Shown: one piece after another, positions 47,092-55,228 of the stretch
How the letters are laid out: the number at the start of each line of letters is the position of its first letter
Numbering within the stretch: position 1 is the first letter of the stretch
IMG/VR virus record: IMGVR_UViG_3300035126_000631
Span: 1-64,000 of that record
DNA from: a virus
Length of the DNA: 64,000 nt
Reading direction: 5' to 3' (one strand)
Translations under genes and position numbers: made by a program
Notes under the pieces: generated by a model
What the model was told of the DNA's origin: nothing
Database searches by the model: none
Seen by the model: only the letters and a program-made list of their open reading frames with translations

Positions 47092-48682
47092 AGGTCTAAC
47101 TTTCCTTTCATGTGTTGTTTGGTTGTTGCTTGTCCGGTGATCGGACAACTCTGTCCGGTTTGAACAAGCCATCCGCCCCCTCGCATGGAAGGGGCGGTGC
47201 GGCTTGCACAGTTATTACTTGTCGGCGAACTGACCGACGAACTTGCGAGGGTTGATCCACTCGCCGTGCGGCATCTCGATGGCGTCATGCCATACCAACT
47301 CGAAGTCGTGGCCTCGGTCGTAAGTGTTGACCTTGGTCACGCCCCGATCACGGAACACCGAGAACGATGCGCGGCGTCCGACTCCATTGAGCCGTTCGCG
47401 TGTCGTCACAGTGTCCCATCCAGCCAACGTGATCTCGATGTCGCCGTTGTCTGCATGACGCGCAATCGCATTGCCATGCAGCCAGATCGTCGTGCCATCG
47501 GTTCGGGTATTGCCGCACTTGCGGGGACGCCGATTGAAGAAGGCGTCAGTCACTTCTCTCGTTACTTTTCTCATACTGTTTCTCTCTTTCTAAATGTCCG
47601 GAATTCCGGACAAGGTTGTGGAGTTATTACTTGGTGATCTCGATGAGGAGCCAGACAGCAACGAAGCACAAGGCCGCGAAGCTGAAGAGCAATTCGTCGA
47701 GTTGATTCGGGGTGGGCCGTTTCATCGTGTGGAGTTATTATCCGAGTTGAGCCACCTTGGGAAGCAAATCCGCAAAGGGGTTGAACGTGAGCGGATTAGC
47801 CGCCGCCCGATAATCGTTGCCGCCGATCAGATCGACCGCAGCGTTGCGCTTCTCCTCAACCGAAAGACCACGAGCGTTGCGCTCGGATGTCCGGTCAAGT
47901 CTGTAGTCTGTTTTGCTGGCACTCGCCAACAGGATGTGGATGGTTCGTTTCATCTGTCTGTTTTGATTCCTTGTCCGATCACCGGACAAGTCTCGCCGTA
48001 TTGGGCAAGGGACAACGCAAGACGGATGGAACGTCTTGCGCTGATACTTTGCTCACCTCGGACATGATGCACCGCAACGGGTCGGACGTTGCATGGTGCA
48101 TGGTTCATGGTTCACGCTGCGGGGTTCGCGTTGTCCGGTCACCGGACTATTTGCGGAACAAGCGAGCGACGACAGCGCGATACAGCTTCTTGTCTCCGCC
48201 TACGAGTTTGAGCAGCGCGGCTTCCGCCTTGGGAAGCATGGCGTCGATCTTCTCGCTGGCCTCTGCACGGCTCTTCGACTTGGCGCGACGAGTGATGCCG
48301 TAGGATTGGAGCAACTCACTGATGCGCTGTTTCGCGTAGCCATTCGCCTTGAGCGTGGCCGTGACCTCTGCAACGTCGATCGCTTCGCGATTGTCCTTGA
48401 TGAACGCGCAAAGCGTTTCGCGTTGCATTGTCGCCGCTTGGGTCAGGGTTTCGATTTGATGGATCTCGCGAGCGATTGCATCGTTCACGCTGTCCTTCGT
48501 TTCTGCCACGCGGTAGTTGATGCTGATGGTGATGTGGTTCTTTTTCATATACTGATCTTTCTTTCTGTTTGGTTGTTGTCCGGTGATCGGACAGCGTCTT
48601 GCTGCCCTTTCCGGTTCATTAATAAGTGACCAGCAGCGCGATTTACTCTGTTAGGAGAGGGGAAAATGTGCGATTATTACGG

Positions 48683-49285
48683 ATGCCCAGACCGCCCCTT
48701 TCTGTAGACTGGCAAGCAATTCGCGGACTCTACCTTCAAGGAGTCGAACCTTTGACGTTAGCGAATAAGTTTGCAATCAAGATAAGCACCTTGAATTCAA
48801 GGATTTACAGAGAGAAGTGGCATGAGATATTGCAAGGGGAAAAGAAAACGAATGAGAAGGCGAGAGAGGAAAGCGTAGCAATCGCAAGGGACATCTGGAC
48901 AGAGAGACGAGAGACAATCCGAGAGCGCATCCATCTCATAGGTGATCGAATGACCCTTGCAGCTTCGCAACTCTCTGAAGATCAACTAATTAACAAAGCA
49001 GACAAGATCAAGATTGCGACAGAGATTGCTGGCAAATCAGTAGGCTTGGACAGAGAGGAAGACCGGAACCAAGTAAACATCGCCATCTTGGGCGCAATAG
49101 GCTCAAAATCAGGTGCTTATGATGATATTGTGCAAGGTGAGGTCTGGTCAGAATCGGGTCGAAACCTACCCGCTAACAGTGTAGAGCACACGGAATCCGA
49201 ATCCGTGAACACCACCACCCAACCCACCACTGTCCCCCTCGACCCAGCCGCGCCACTGTATGATAATATAAATAATGGGTTCTAA
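48683..49285 (+). CDS. terminase small subunit-like HTH protein
   Basis: DWQAIRGLY..G.....LANKF.I...TL..R..REKW N-terminus plus a helical region. Confidence 0.6.
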   Translation: MPRPPLSVDWQAIRGLYLQGVEPLTLANKFAIKISTLNSRIYREKWHEILQGEKKTNEKAREESVAIARDIWTERRETIRERIHLIGDRMTLAASQLSEDQLINKADKIKIATEIAGKSVGLDREEDRNQVNIAILGAIGSKSGAYDDIVQGEVWSESGRNLPANSVEHTESESVNTTTQPTTVPLDPAAPLYDNINNGF

Positions 49286-49361
49286 ATTTTTTGCCCGTTT
49301 TTAGAATTATTAACTTTTAGGGGAGGGGAGAGCCGGATCGGACGGAACTCCCCCTGGCGCG

Positions 49362-49499
49362 TTAGAGAAGCGAACACAGATACTTCAGGAAACGACGCCA
49401 CCGGAAAGAAGTCACGACAGCCTTCAGGTCACCCCGCTCGAAGTATCCAAGCCCGCCGTAGGGTCCGTAGACCAAGCCAAGATCGTTCGATCGATACAT
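49362..49499 (-). CDS. 45-aa peptide with a perfect SD (not in the ORF track)
   Basis: AAAGGAGGTG upstream of the ATG; MYRSNDLGLVYGPYGGLGYFERGDLKAVVTSFRWRRFLKYLCSLL; G/C hairpin downstream. Confidence 0.55.
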   Translation of the reverse strand: MYRSNDLGLVYGPYGGLGYFERGDLKAVVTSFRWRRFLKYLCSLL

Positions 49500-49550
49500 A
49501 CACATTCACCTCCTTTCATCGGCGCGTAATAAAGCACGGATCAGGCCAAG

Positions 49551-49559
49551 TGCTATAGT
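49551..49559 (+). promoter_or_regulatory. extended -10 promoter
   Basis: TGcTATAGT, 6 nt upstream of a GGCGGGG/CCCCGCC-closed structure. Confidence 0.45.
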
Positions 49560-49644
49560 AATACCGGCGGGGTGCTGCCTGTGTCACCGTATGGTGCGCC
49601 GAAAGCAGCCCGATGCGGCTAAAACCCGGCCCCGCCTCCTCTTT

Positions 49645-49866
49645 ATGAAAGCCACCCTGGAGTTCAACCTACCCCAAGACGACGAGGCCTTGACCGACGC
49701 CCGAAAGGGCTCCGATTGGAAGTGGGCGGTGTCAGACCTCTCGGACTACCTCCGGAACCAGATCAAGCACGTCGACCACTCGGCCGAGGAATACCGCATC
49801 TTGGAGGCCGTCCAAGAGCGCATCTCTGGGATCCTTGATGACCGAGGGCTCAACCTTTACGAATGA
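49645..49866 (+). CDS. hypothetical phage protein
   Basis: MKATLEFNLP.D...LRNQIKH pattern. Confidence 0.65.
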   Translation: MKATLEFNLPQDDEALTDARKGSDWKWAVSDLSDYLRNQIKHVDHSAEEYRILEAVQERISGILDDRGLNLYE

Positions 49867-50018
49867 CCTTCTGGCCTCTACTGATAACGACACTGCTTTA
49901 TCTCATTACCGCGGCCGGCTGGTATCGAGAGGGTAATGTAGGACTTGCGATAGCCTTCGCAGGTTATGCCGCAGCGAACCTCGGGTTTCTGTATATAACA
50001 ATGTTCGGACAGCCTTAA
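49863..50018 (+). CDS. small two-TM membrane protein (not in the ORF track)
   Basis: MTFWPLLITTLLYLITAAGWYREGNVGLAIAFAGYAAANLG; ATGA overlap. Confidence 0.6.
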   Translation: MTFWPLLITTLLYLITAAGWYREGNVGLAIAFAGYAAANLGFLYITMFGQP

Positions 50019-50038
50019 AGGCTCGATTTCGGCCGATT

Positions 50039-50360
50039 AGGTGGGAACTCACTTGTCAGTTCCCCTAAGTTCCCACCCTGAGTTCCCGAGGTTAAGTCGC
50101 TGATTTACAGTATACTTACGACAAACGGGAACTGAGGAACTTACCCCTATATCTTTTCTTAAAGAAAAAGTATATATACCCCGTAAGTTCTCCCCCCACG
50201 GTCGCCGGGGGCGGCACCCCAGTCCCCCGAAAACCACCATGCCTCTACCCCCCAAAATGAGTTCCTCAGTTCCCTTTTACCCTAAACCCCTAACCATGAA
50301 CCACTTACCCTTGGGAACTTAGGGTGGAACTAAGAACATGAGTTCCCCAGTTCCCCTGCA
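50039..50360. repeat. iteron-like GGAACT/AGTTCC repeat cluster, candidate replication origin
   Basis: More than 10 copies in both orientations; perfect 15-bp inverted repeat 50127..50141/50260..50274 around an AT-rich core; non-coding and between convergent genes. Confidence 0.65.
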
Positions 50361-50519
50361 GGCTGTAGCCCTGTATCATGTTCCTCTGTAGCCCGTATTT
50401 CGACACATGAACCCTGTCATGTCGAAGCCGTCGACAGGTTGCCTAGACCCACCGGAGCATACCAAAAGGCCGCTTTGTTCAAGCCAACCTTGAACTGCTG
50501 CGCAAAAGCTACTCCGCGG

Positions 50520-50945
50520 TCAGATCCACCGGACCACGCAGCCCGCTTCATGGAACATGGTGCGTGCTGCATGGAACGAGTCAGCCCACCTGCAGGCGTC
50601 GGGCACTGTGGGGCAGATGACTTCAGTGATCCCCGCCTGGATGATGGCGGCGGCGCACTGAGCGCATGGTTGGAAGGGGTAGACCACGATTGAGCAACCG
50701 TGGAGCGGCTCGCGGGCAGCAAGGATCGCGTTAAGCTCTGCGTGGACTGTGTAGAGGAGTTTCTGGTCTCGGTCGGCCAATCGTGCCGGATCGTCGGAAA
50801 CGGCCCTGGGGAGGCCGTTGAAGCCTACGCTGGCCACCGAGCGGTCGGGTCGGATAATAACCGCGCCGACTTGGGTCGAGTCTTTTGACCAGCCGGCAAC
50901 GTGTGCGGCTAAGTTAATAAACCTCGCGGTCCACTTGGCGTTCAT
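50520..50945 (-). CDS. dCMP deaminase
   Basis: SKD.TQVGAV, GFNG.P, VHAELNAI, PCAQCA. Confidence 0.92.
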   Translation of the reverse strand: MNAKWTARFINLAAHVAGWSKDSTQVGAVIIRPDRSVASVGFNGLPRAVSDDPARLADRDQKLLYTVHAELNAILAAREPLHGCSIVVYPFQPCAQCAAAIIQAGITEVICPTVPDACRWADSFHAARTMFHEAGCVVRWI

Positions 50946-50951
50946 ATTTTA

Positions 50952-51052
50952 GGCGGCGGTGGCAGGACTCGACACCTGCTTTTGTCACATATTCTCGTGT
51001 TATTTTGTGACGCTCCGCTGTCCGGCCGCGTGTCCTTCCACGCCGCACCGCC
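50952..51052 (-). ncRNA. tRNA-like RNA lacking a canonical anticodon arm
   Basis: 7-bp acceptor GGCGGTG/CACCGCC, D-like arm GCGTG-GAAGGA-CACGC, T-like arm GCAGG-TGTCGAGT-CCTGC abutting the acceptor; fills the intergenic gap almost exactly. Confidence 0.65.
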
Positions 51053-51056
51053 ATGA

Positions 51057-53414
51057 TTAAAATGGATCATTCGACTCCGGCTCCGCCGTCTCCGGGGTCG
51101 GCTTGGTCAGCCGGTATTTGTGGAGCTTGGCCTTGCCGCAGCGTTTGGCGATCAACTCGACGTTCGGGTCACCTTGGGTCTGGAGTTCGGCGAGGCGGCG
51201 TCCGAGGACGCGAACCGGCCACTCACGGGTCAGGGAGACGTTGTCGAAGACATCGTTGAAGGATTGGTGCAGTTCGACCGCGGTTCCTTCCCACGGTTCG
51301 TCGGTGCCACGGCGCTCCCACCAAGCGTTGAGCGTGTCGCGCAATTCGGCGGTGCGGCTTGAGGCTTCGATCTTCTCGCGCACTTCTTGGGCGATGTAGC
51401 TACGGATGAAGTAGCGGTTGGCTGCGTCGATGTATTTCGGTGGGATATCCCACGCCTTGAGCCAAGCGAGGAGGGCGGGGAGTTCGGATTCCACGTCCTT
51501 GAGTTCATCGACCGTCGGGCCTTCCTCGAAGGTTCTCATAGCCAGCGCGATGATCTTGTCCTCATTCGAGATGTTGAGCGCCGGCACGGCCTTGATTGAC
51601 ACCGGATCGTCGTTGGCTGCGATGACCACACGGCCGCGCCACTCGACCATGATGGGGGTCAGGTATTTCTCGTGGTATTTATGGGTGCCGTGGGCGACGA
51701 GCTTCTTGATTGCGCTCGCGTAGCGGTTGAGTTGCGCCTCGGATTCCGCGGCACGAGAGTCATCGATGATGGCCAGTGGCGACTGGAAGAGGTCGGCGTT
51801 GAATCCGTTGCCTTCGCCCGAGACGATCGAGGAGAGATCCGCGTAGCCGCCCATTGCGGGCTTGAGGAACTTCTCGATGAAGAAGGTCTTATAGCAGTGG
51901 ACCGGACCGACCAGGATCATGGCTTGGCCCATGCAGAGTTTGCCACGTTCCGCGGATTCGTAGAACCGTTTGAACCACGCGAGGAAGATGTCGCGGTATT
52001 CATCGGAGGCGAAGACGTTGTCGAGGATGGCCGCGTAGCGTGGGAAGCCTTCGCCCCAAGCCCCGGCGGTCTCGGCCGCTTTGACGATATGGACGTTCTT
52101 GGCGGTGTTGAGGTATTTCTTGCCGCCTTCGAACCAAAGTTCGTTCTTGTTGTAGAGCGACGGTCCTGCACCGTCCACGCGACGGTGTTCGCGAATGAAG
52201 GCTTTGGCGCGGTCCATCGGTGACATGGCGGCACCCTTCGGGGCGCGGTCACTGAACCCGCGGCATTTGAGTTCGCTGGACAGCATCGCGACCATTTCGT
52301 ATCGCCAAATCCCGTCGTCGGCTTTCATAAAGAAGGTTTTGCCGTCGTAATATATGTCGTCAAACTGTCCGCTCTTGTTCGCATTGGTGGACGGTTTGGA
52401 CACCTCTGGTGAGGTGCTATCCCCGTTTTCGGCGGCTAAAGCGTCATTTGTGCGGTCCTCGGTAAGGGGGGCGGCAATTTGACCCCCTCCTTCTAAACCC
52501 GTGGATTTCGACGGGTTCACGCGCCCAGCCTCCGGGTTGAAGTAGATGAGGGTCTGTGCCTTTCCGGTGTCTTTCCTCATGCACCCTGGCACACGAGTCA
52601 GGCGCACGGCCGACATGGCAGCGGGATCGGCACCGAGCGGGACGAGGACATCGGCAATCTCGGAGGCTTTCTCCAGATACTCGGCACGGTTTTTAGTATT
52701 TACGCGGACGAGAGCGTGAGCCGACTTCGAGCCGGAGGTCGTGACCGAGACGATCGGGAGGTTGAGATTGGAGAGCACACGTAGCCATAGTTCGAGATCG
52801 ACCGAGTCGGATTCGATGAGGAGGTATTCGTAGGCCACGAGATTCTCTTCGGCCCGGCGGGACTTCTTGCCGAGGCGCTCGATCGCTTTGAATTGACCGT
52901 CGACCGGATTGACCATGATCCATGCGCCCTCTGTGTTGTTGGCGATGATTTGATCGACGGCCAGATCCGGCACCTTGTCGTGCCACACCAGCTTCCCCTG
53001 AGTCTGCTGATCGACGAAAACGATGTTATGCTTGCCGCCGTAGAGACGACGGAGGAACTCGGAGGTCGAGACATCGGCTGTCGGGATGGGTGAGGAGGCT
53101 TTGAAATCCTCGATCGAGAGCGGGCCTTCTTTGGTCAGTTCGGTCAGACGATCCTCATCCTTCTCGCGCTTCAGTGAAACCTTCGGGCGCGGCTCGATGA
53201 GACCCTCGGCCTCGGCGCGGACGTTGGCGAGCGTGTCGACGATCTCGCGTGGCTGTGGGTCACGCTGGAGGTGGTGCGTGATCCATTGCTCGATGAAGGC
53301 ATCGTCATAGGCGTTAGCAACCAGCGCGTGCGCTGCGCCGAACATCCATGTGTGGCATCCTTGGCCGGAGGTTGGGCAGGGGTTGAGTCCGAGTTCTTCA
53401 GGTGTAGGTGACAT
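51057..53414 (-). CDS. primase-helicase (AEP-like primase plus SF3/D5-like P-loop domain)
   Basis: LLIESD, TSGSKSAH, RLTRVPG; then GPVHCYKT, FNADL, IIDD, HEKY, IAAND. Confidence 0.75.
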   Translation of the reverse strand: MSPTPEELGLNPCPTSGQGCHTWMFGAAHALVANAYDDAFIEQWITHHLQRDPQPREIVDTLANVRAEAEGLIEPRPKVSLKREKDEDRLTELTKEGPLSIEDFKASSPIPTADVSTSEFLRRLYGGKHNIVFVDQQTQGKLVWHDKVPDLAVDQIIANNTEGAWIMVNPVDGQFKAIERLGKKSRRAEENLVAYEYLLIESDSVDLELWLRVLSNLNLPIVSVTTSGSKSAHALVRVNTKNRAEYLEKASEIADVLVPLGADPAAMSAVRLTRVPGCMRKDTGKAQTLIYFNPEAGRVNPSKSTGLEGGGQIAAPLTEDRTNDALAAENGDSTSPEVSKPSTNANKSGQFDDIYYDGKTFFMKADDGIWRYEMVAMLSSELKCRGFSDRAPKGAAMSPMDRAKAFIREHRRVDGAGPSLYNKNELWFEGGKKYLNTAKNVHIVKAAETAGAWGEGFPRYAAILDNVFASDEYRDIFLAWFKRFYESAERGKLCMGQAMILVGPVHCYKTFFIEKFLKPAMGGYADLSSIVSGEGNGFNADLFQSPLAIIDDSRAAESEAQLNRYASAIKKLVAHGTHKYHEKYLTPIMVEWRGRVVIAANDDPVSIKAVPALNISNEDKIIALAMRTFEEGPTVDELKDVESELPALLAWLKAWDIPPKYIDAANRYFIRSYIAQEVREKIEASSRTAELRDTLNAWWERRGTDEPWEGTAVELHQSFNDVFDNVSLTREWPVRVLGRRLAELQTQGDPNVELIAKRCGKAKLHKYRLTKPTPETAEPESNDPF

Positions 53415-53431
53415 ATTGAGTGGTGGAGTTA

Positions 53432-54808
53432 TTATTTACGGTAATGTTTGGATACGATGGCTTCGGCTCCCAGCGGGAGGTCCGAGGCCCAAATTGGTGG
53501 GGTCGACATGATTTCTTCGATCACTTGGCGGTGATCTTCGGCGTCATATTCATCGACGAGGACGACGACTTCATCGTGGATACGCATGAGGATTTCATAA
53601 CCAGCGTCTTCCAGTGCCATGCAGCGGTCCATGAAGACATCACGGGCAAGCGCCTGCGTGGCATTTTCCGCCAGCAAGCCCCCATACAGCTTTACGTCCA
53701 TGAGCTTCCCGAGTCTCGGGAGCTTGGCGACGATGTTGCCGGTGATGCGCCGAACGTCGCGGTAAACGAGTTCTCGTCCGGAGGGTAGGGGAATTTCCAA
53801 AGTCTTGTCGTTTGGGTCGGTGGCGATGCGGAGCGCACGATCGAGCTTGGCCCACAGTGCGGTGATCTTCGGAGACGACTCGCGGTAGGACTGCACAATT
53901 TGTTGCGATTCCTCGAAAGATATGTCGAGTCCGGCCAGCATCTTGGCGACGAGTTGGAACTTCGCCGCACCGCAGCCATAACCAAGACCAAGCACACGGG
54001 CCTTGGCGAGAAAGCGCATCTTCGGATCCACTTCCTTGAGTGGGCGGGGGTCGTTGTATCCCATCGTCGCCCTGGCGTGCGCCTCGTAGATGTCGATACC
54101 GGAGGCGATCAGTTTGAGGAGATCCTTGTCGCCCGCGAGGTAGGGGAGGCAGCGTGCTTCGATCTGGGCAAGATCGCAGATGACGAGTGTATTCCCCGCG
54201 GGAGCCTCGATGAGGTTGCGGATATCCACGCCGGCCACTTCTCCTTTGGGGATATTCTGGGCGTTCCAGCCGCCCCCTCCGCTATCCCGTCCGGTTGTGG
54301 CACCGAAGTATTTAAGCTCGTAGCCCATCCGACCGTCGGGCCGCGTCCGGGCAATCATCGCCTGCACGGTCTTCAAATGTTTGTTGGCCTTACGGTAGTC
54401 GCGCACAGCGCGAACCCACGGAAACTTGTCGGCGAACTCCGCTTCCCATGCCGCACCCTCGGGATCTTTCTCCGCAAAGGACTTCGGTGAGCGGATACCT
54501 TCCTTCTCGCACTGGTCGCGGATCGCTTGCAGGGAGAGGGGAGGATATTCACCACCGATCCAAGGAAGAAGAGCCTCGGTCCGGCGCTTCTCCTCGATGA
54601 GCTTGGCTTCCGCGGCCTTGAGCTTCTCCATGTTGACTGGCACCCCGCGCATTCCCATCCGGCGCGTCATAGCCGAGATCCGCCACTCATGGTCGGGCAT
54701 CTTATGGCCATGCTCCTTCCAGAGCATGAAGGTGGCCTTCGCGTCATGGAGCGCGTAGCGGGCGACTTCTTTTTTGAAGTCGTTGGTCATGTAAGGGCTC
54801 TTAGGCAT
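53432..54808 (-). CDS. DNA polymerase family A, C-terminal part (ExoIII plus polymerase domain)
   Basis: YALHD, TGR, NAQNIP, motif A DLAQIEAR, motif B KARVLGLGYG, motif C IHDEV. Confidence 0.92.
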   Translation of the reverse strand: MPKSPYMTNDFKKEVARYALHDAKATFMLWKEHGHKMPDHEWRISAMTRRMGMRGVPVNMEKLKAAEAKLIEEKRRTEALLPWIGGEYPPLSLQAIRDQCEKEGIRSPKSFAEKDPEGAAWEAEFADKFPWVRAVRDYRKANKHLKTVQAMIARTRPDGRMGYELKYFGATTGRDSGGGGWNAQNIPKGEVAGVDIRNLIEAPAGNTLVICDLAQIEARCLPYLAGDKDLLKLIASGIDIYEAHARATMGYNDPRPLKEVDPKMRFLAKARVLGLGYGCGAAKFQLVAKMLAGLDISFEESQQIVQSYRESSPKITALWAKLDRALRIATDPNDKTLEIPLPSGRELVYRDVRRITGNIVAKLPRLGKLMDVKLYGGLLAENATQALARDVFMDRCMALEDAGYEILMRIHDEVVVLVDEYDAEDHRQVIEEIMSTPPIWASDLPLGAEAIVSKHYRK

Positions 54809-55043
54809 CGGGTTTCTTCAATACAAAGGGTCTTGGTAGGAGGATCGGCCGCTGTCCCGCTTTCCGGCTGGTTGTCTTGCGGCGGTAGCCGATCAGGGCC
54901 AGGTCGTCTCCCGACTTCGCGATGATTGGGATGAGCCGGCCCTGCTTCACGAGGCGCTCGATCTTCGGCATACCTTGGCGTTGTTTTGCTTGGTTGGTGG
55001 CTGTTCGTTGCACGACAGACCCGTCTTTCAGTCCGTAGCTCAT
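54801..55043 (-). CDS. small basic protein inserted in the polymerase locus
   Basis: 80 aa; overlaps both neighbours (ATGA and ATGCCTAA). Confidence 0.6.
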   Translation of the reverse strand: MSYGLKDGSVVQRTATNQAKQRQGMPKIERLVKQGRLIPIIAKSGDDLALIGYRRKTTSRKAGQRPILLPRPFVLKKPDA

Positions 55044-55228
55044 CGTCTTACGAAGGTCTGGTCACTCAGCCACATGGCGTTGAGATGCTCGTGAGACATG
55101 TCTGCTTTCCAGAAGAAAGCCGACTTGCGTTGGGTTTTCGGATCGGGTTCGAAGGTGACGTAGCCATCGTTGTCGTGACCGAAATCCTCCGGTGTCTGCC
55201 ATCCGCTGATCGCGGTGAATACGCGCAT
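55040..55228 (-). CDS. 62-aa protein inserted in the polymerase locus
   Basis: MRVFTAISGW...; TAATG coupling to the exonuclease fragment. Confidence 0.55.
   Translation of the reverse strand: MRVFTAISGWQTPEDFGHDNDGYVTFEPDPKTQRKSAFFWKADMSHEHLNAMWLSDQTFVRR

Larger units (their letters stand above)
36053..48548 (-). other. array of roughly 30 small co-oriented accessory/early genes
   Basis: Examples: 36053..36430, 36434..36763, 37108..37407, 38467..38787, 38804..38989, 39179..39520, 39902..40330, 40362..40661, 40683..40817 (CxxC-rich), 40814..41026, 42422..42760, 42773..43276, 43576..43902, 43905..44270, 44287..44562, 47215..47574, 48147..48548. Most are preceded by (A/C)GAAAGGAA. Confidence 0.8.
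43293..48592. repeat. dispersed palindromic repeat GTCCGG-N3-YCGGAC, 8 intergenic copies
   Basis: At 43293, 44572, 45741, 47132, 47596 (16-bp variant), 47973 (inverted), 48133 and 48578. Confidence 0.9.

Noticed and set aside
36000-48600. Accessory array as an integron or CRISPR array
   Set aside because: The palindromes are only 15-18 bp, lack attC R/L box structure and are irregularly spaced. The integrase sits beside a tRNA-type att site and shows no evident IntI features.
54809-55227. Intein or group I/II intron in the polymerase
   Set aside because: In-frame stop, no Cys/Ser...His-Asn ends, no recognisable intron core or homing nuclease by eye, and the space is filled by coupled ORFs. 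Not formally excluded without a covariance-model scan.
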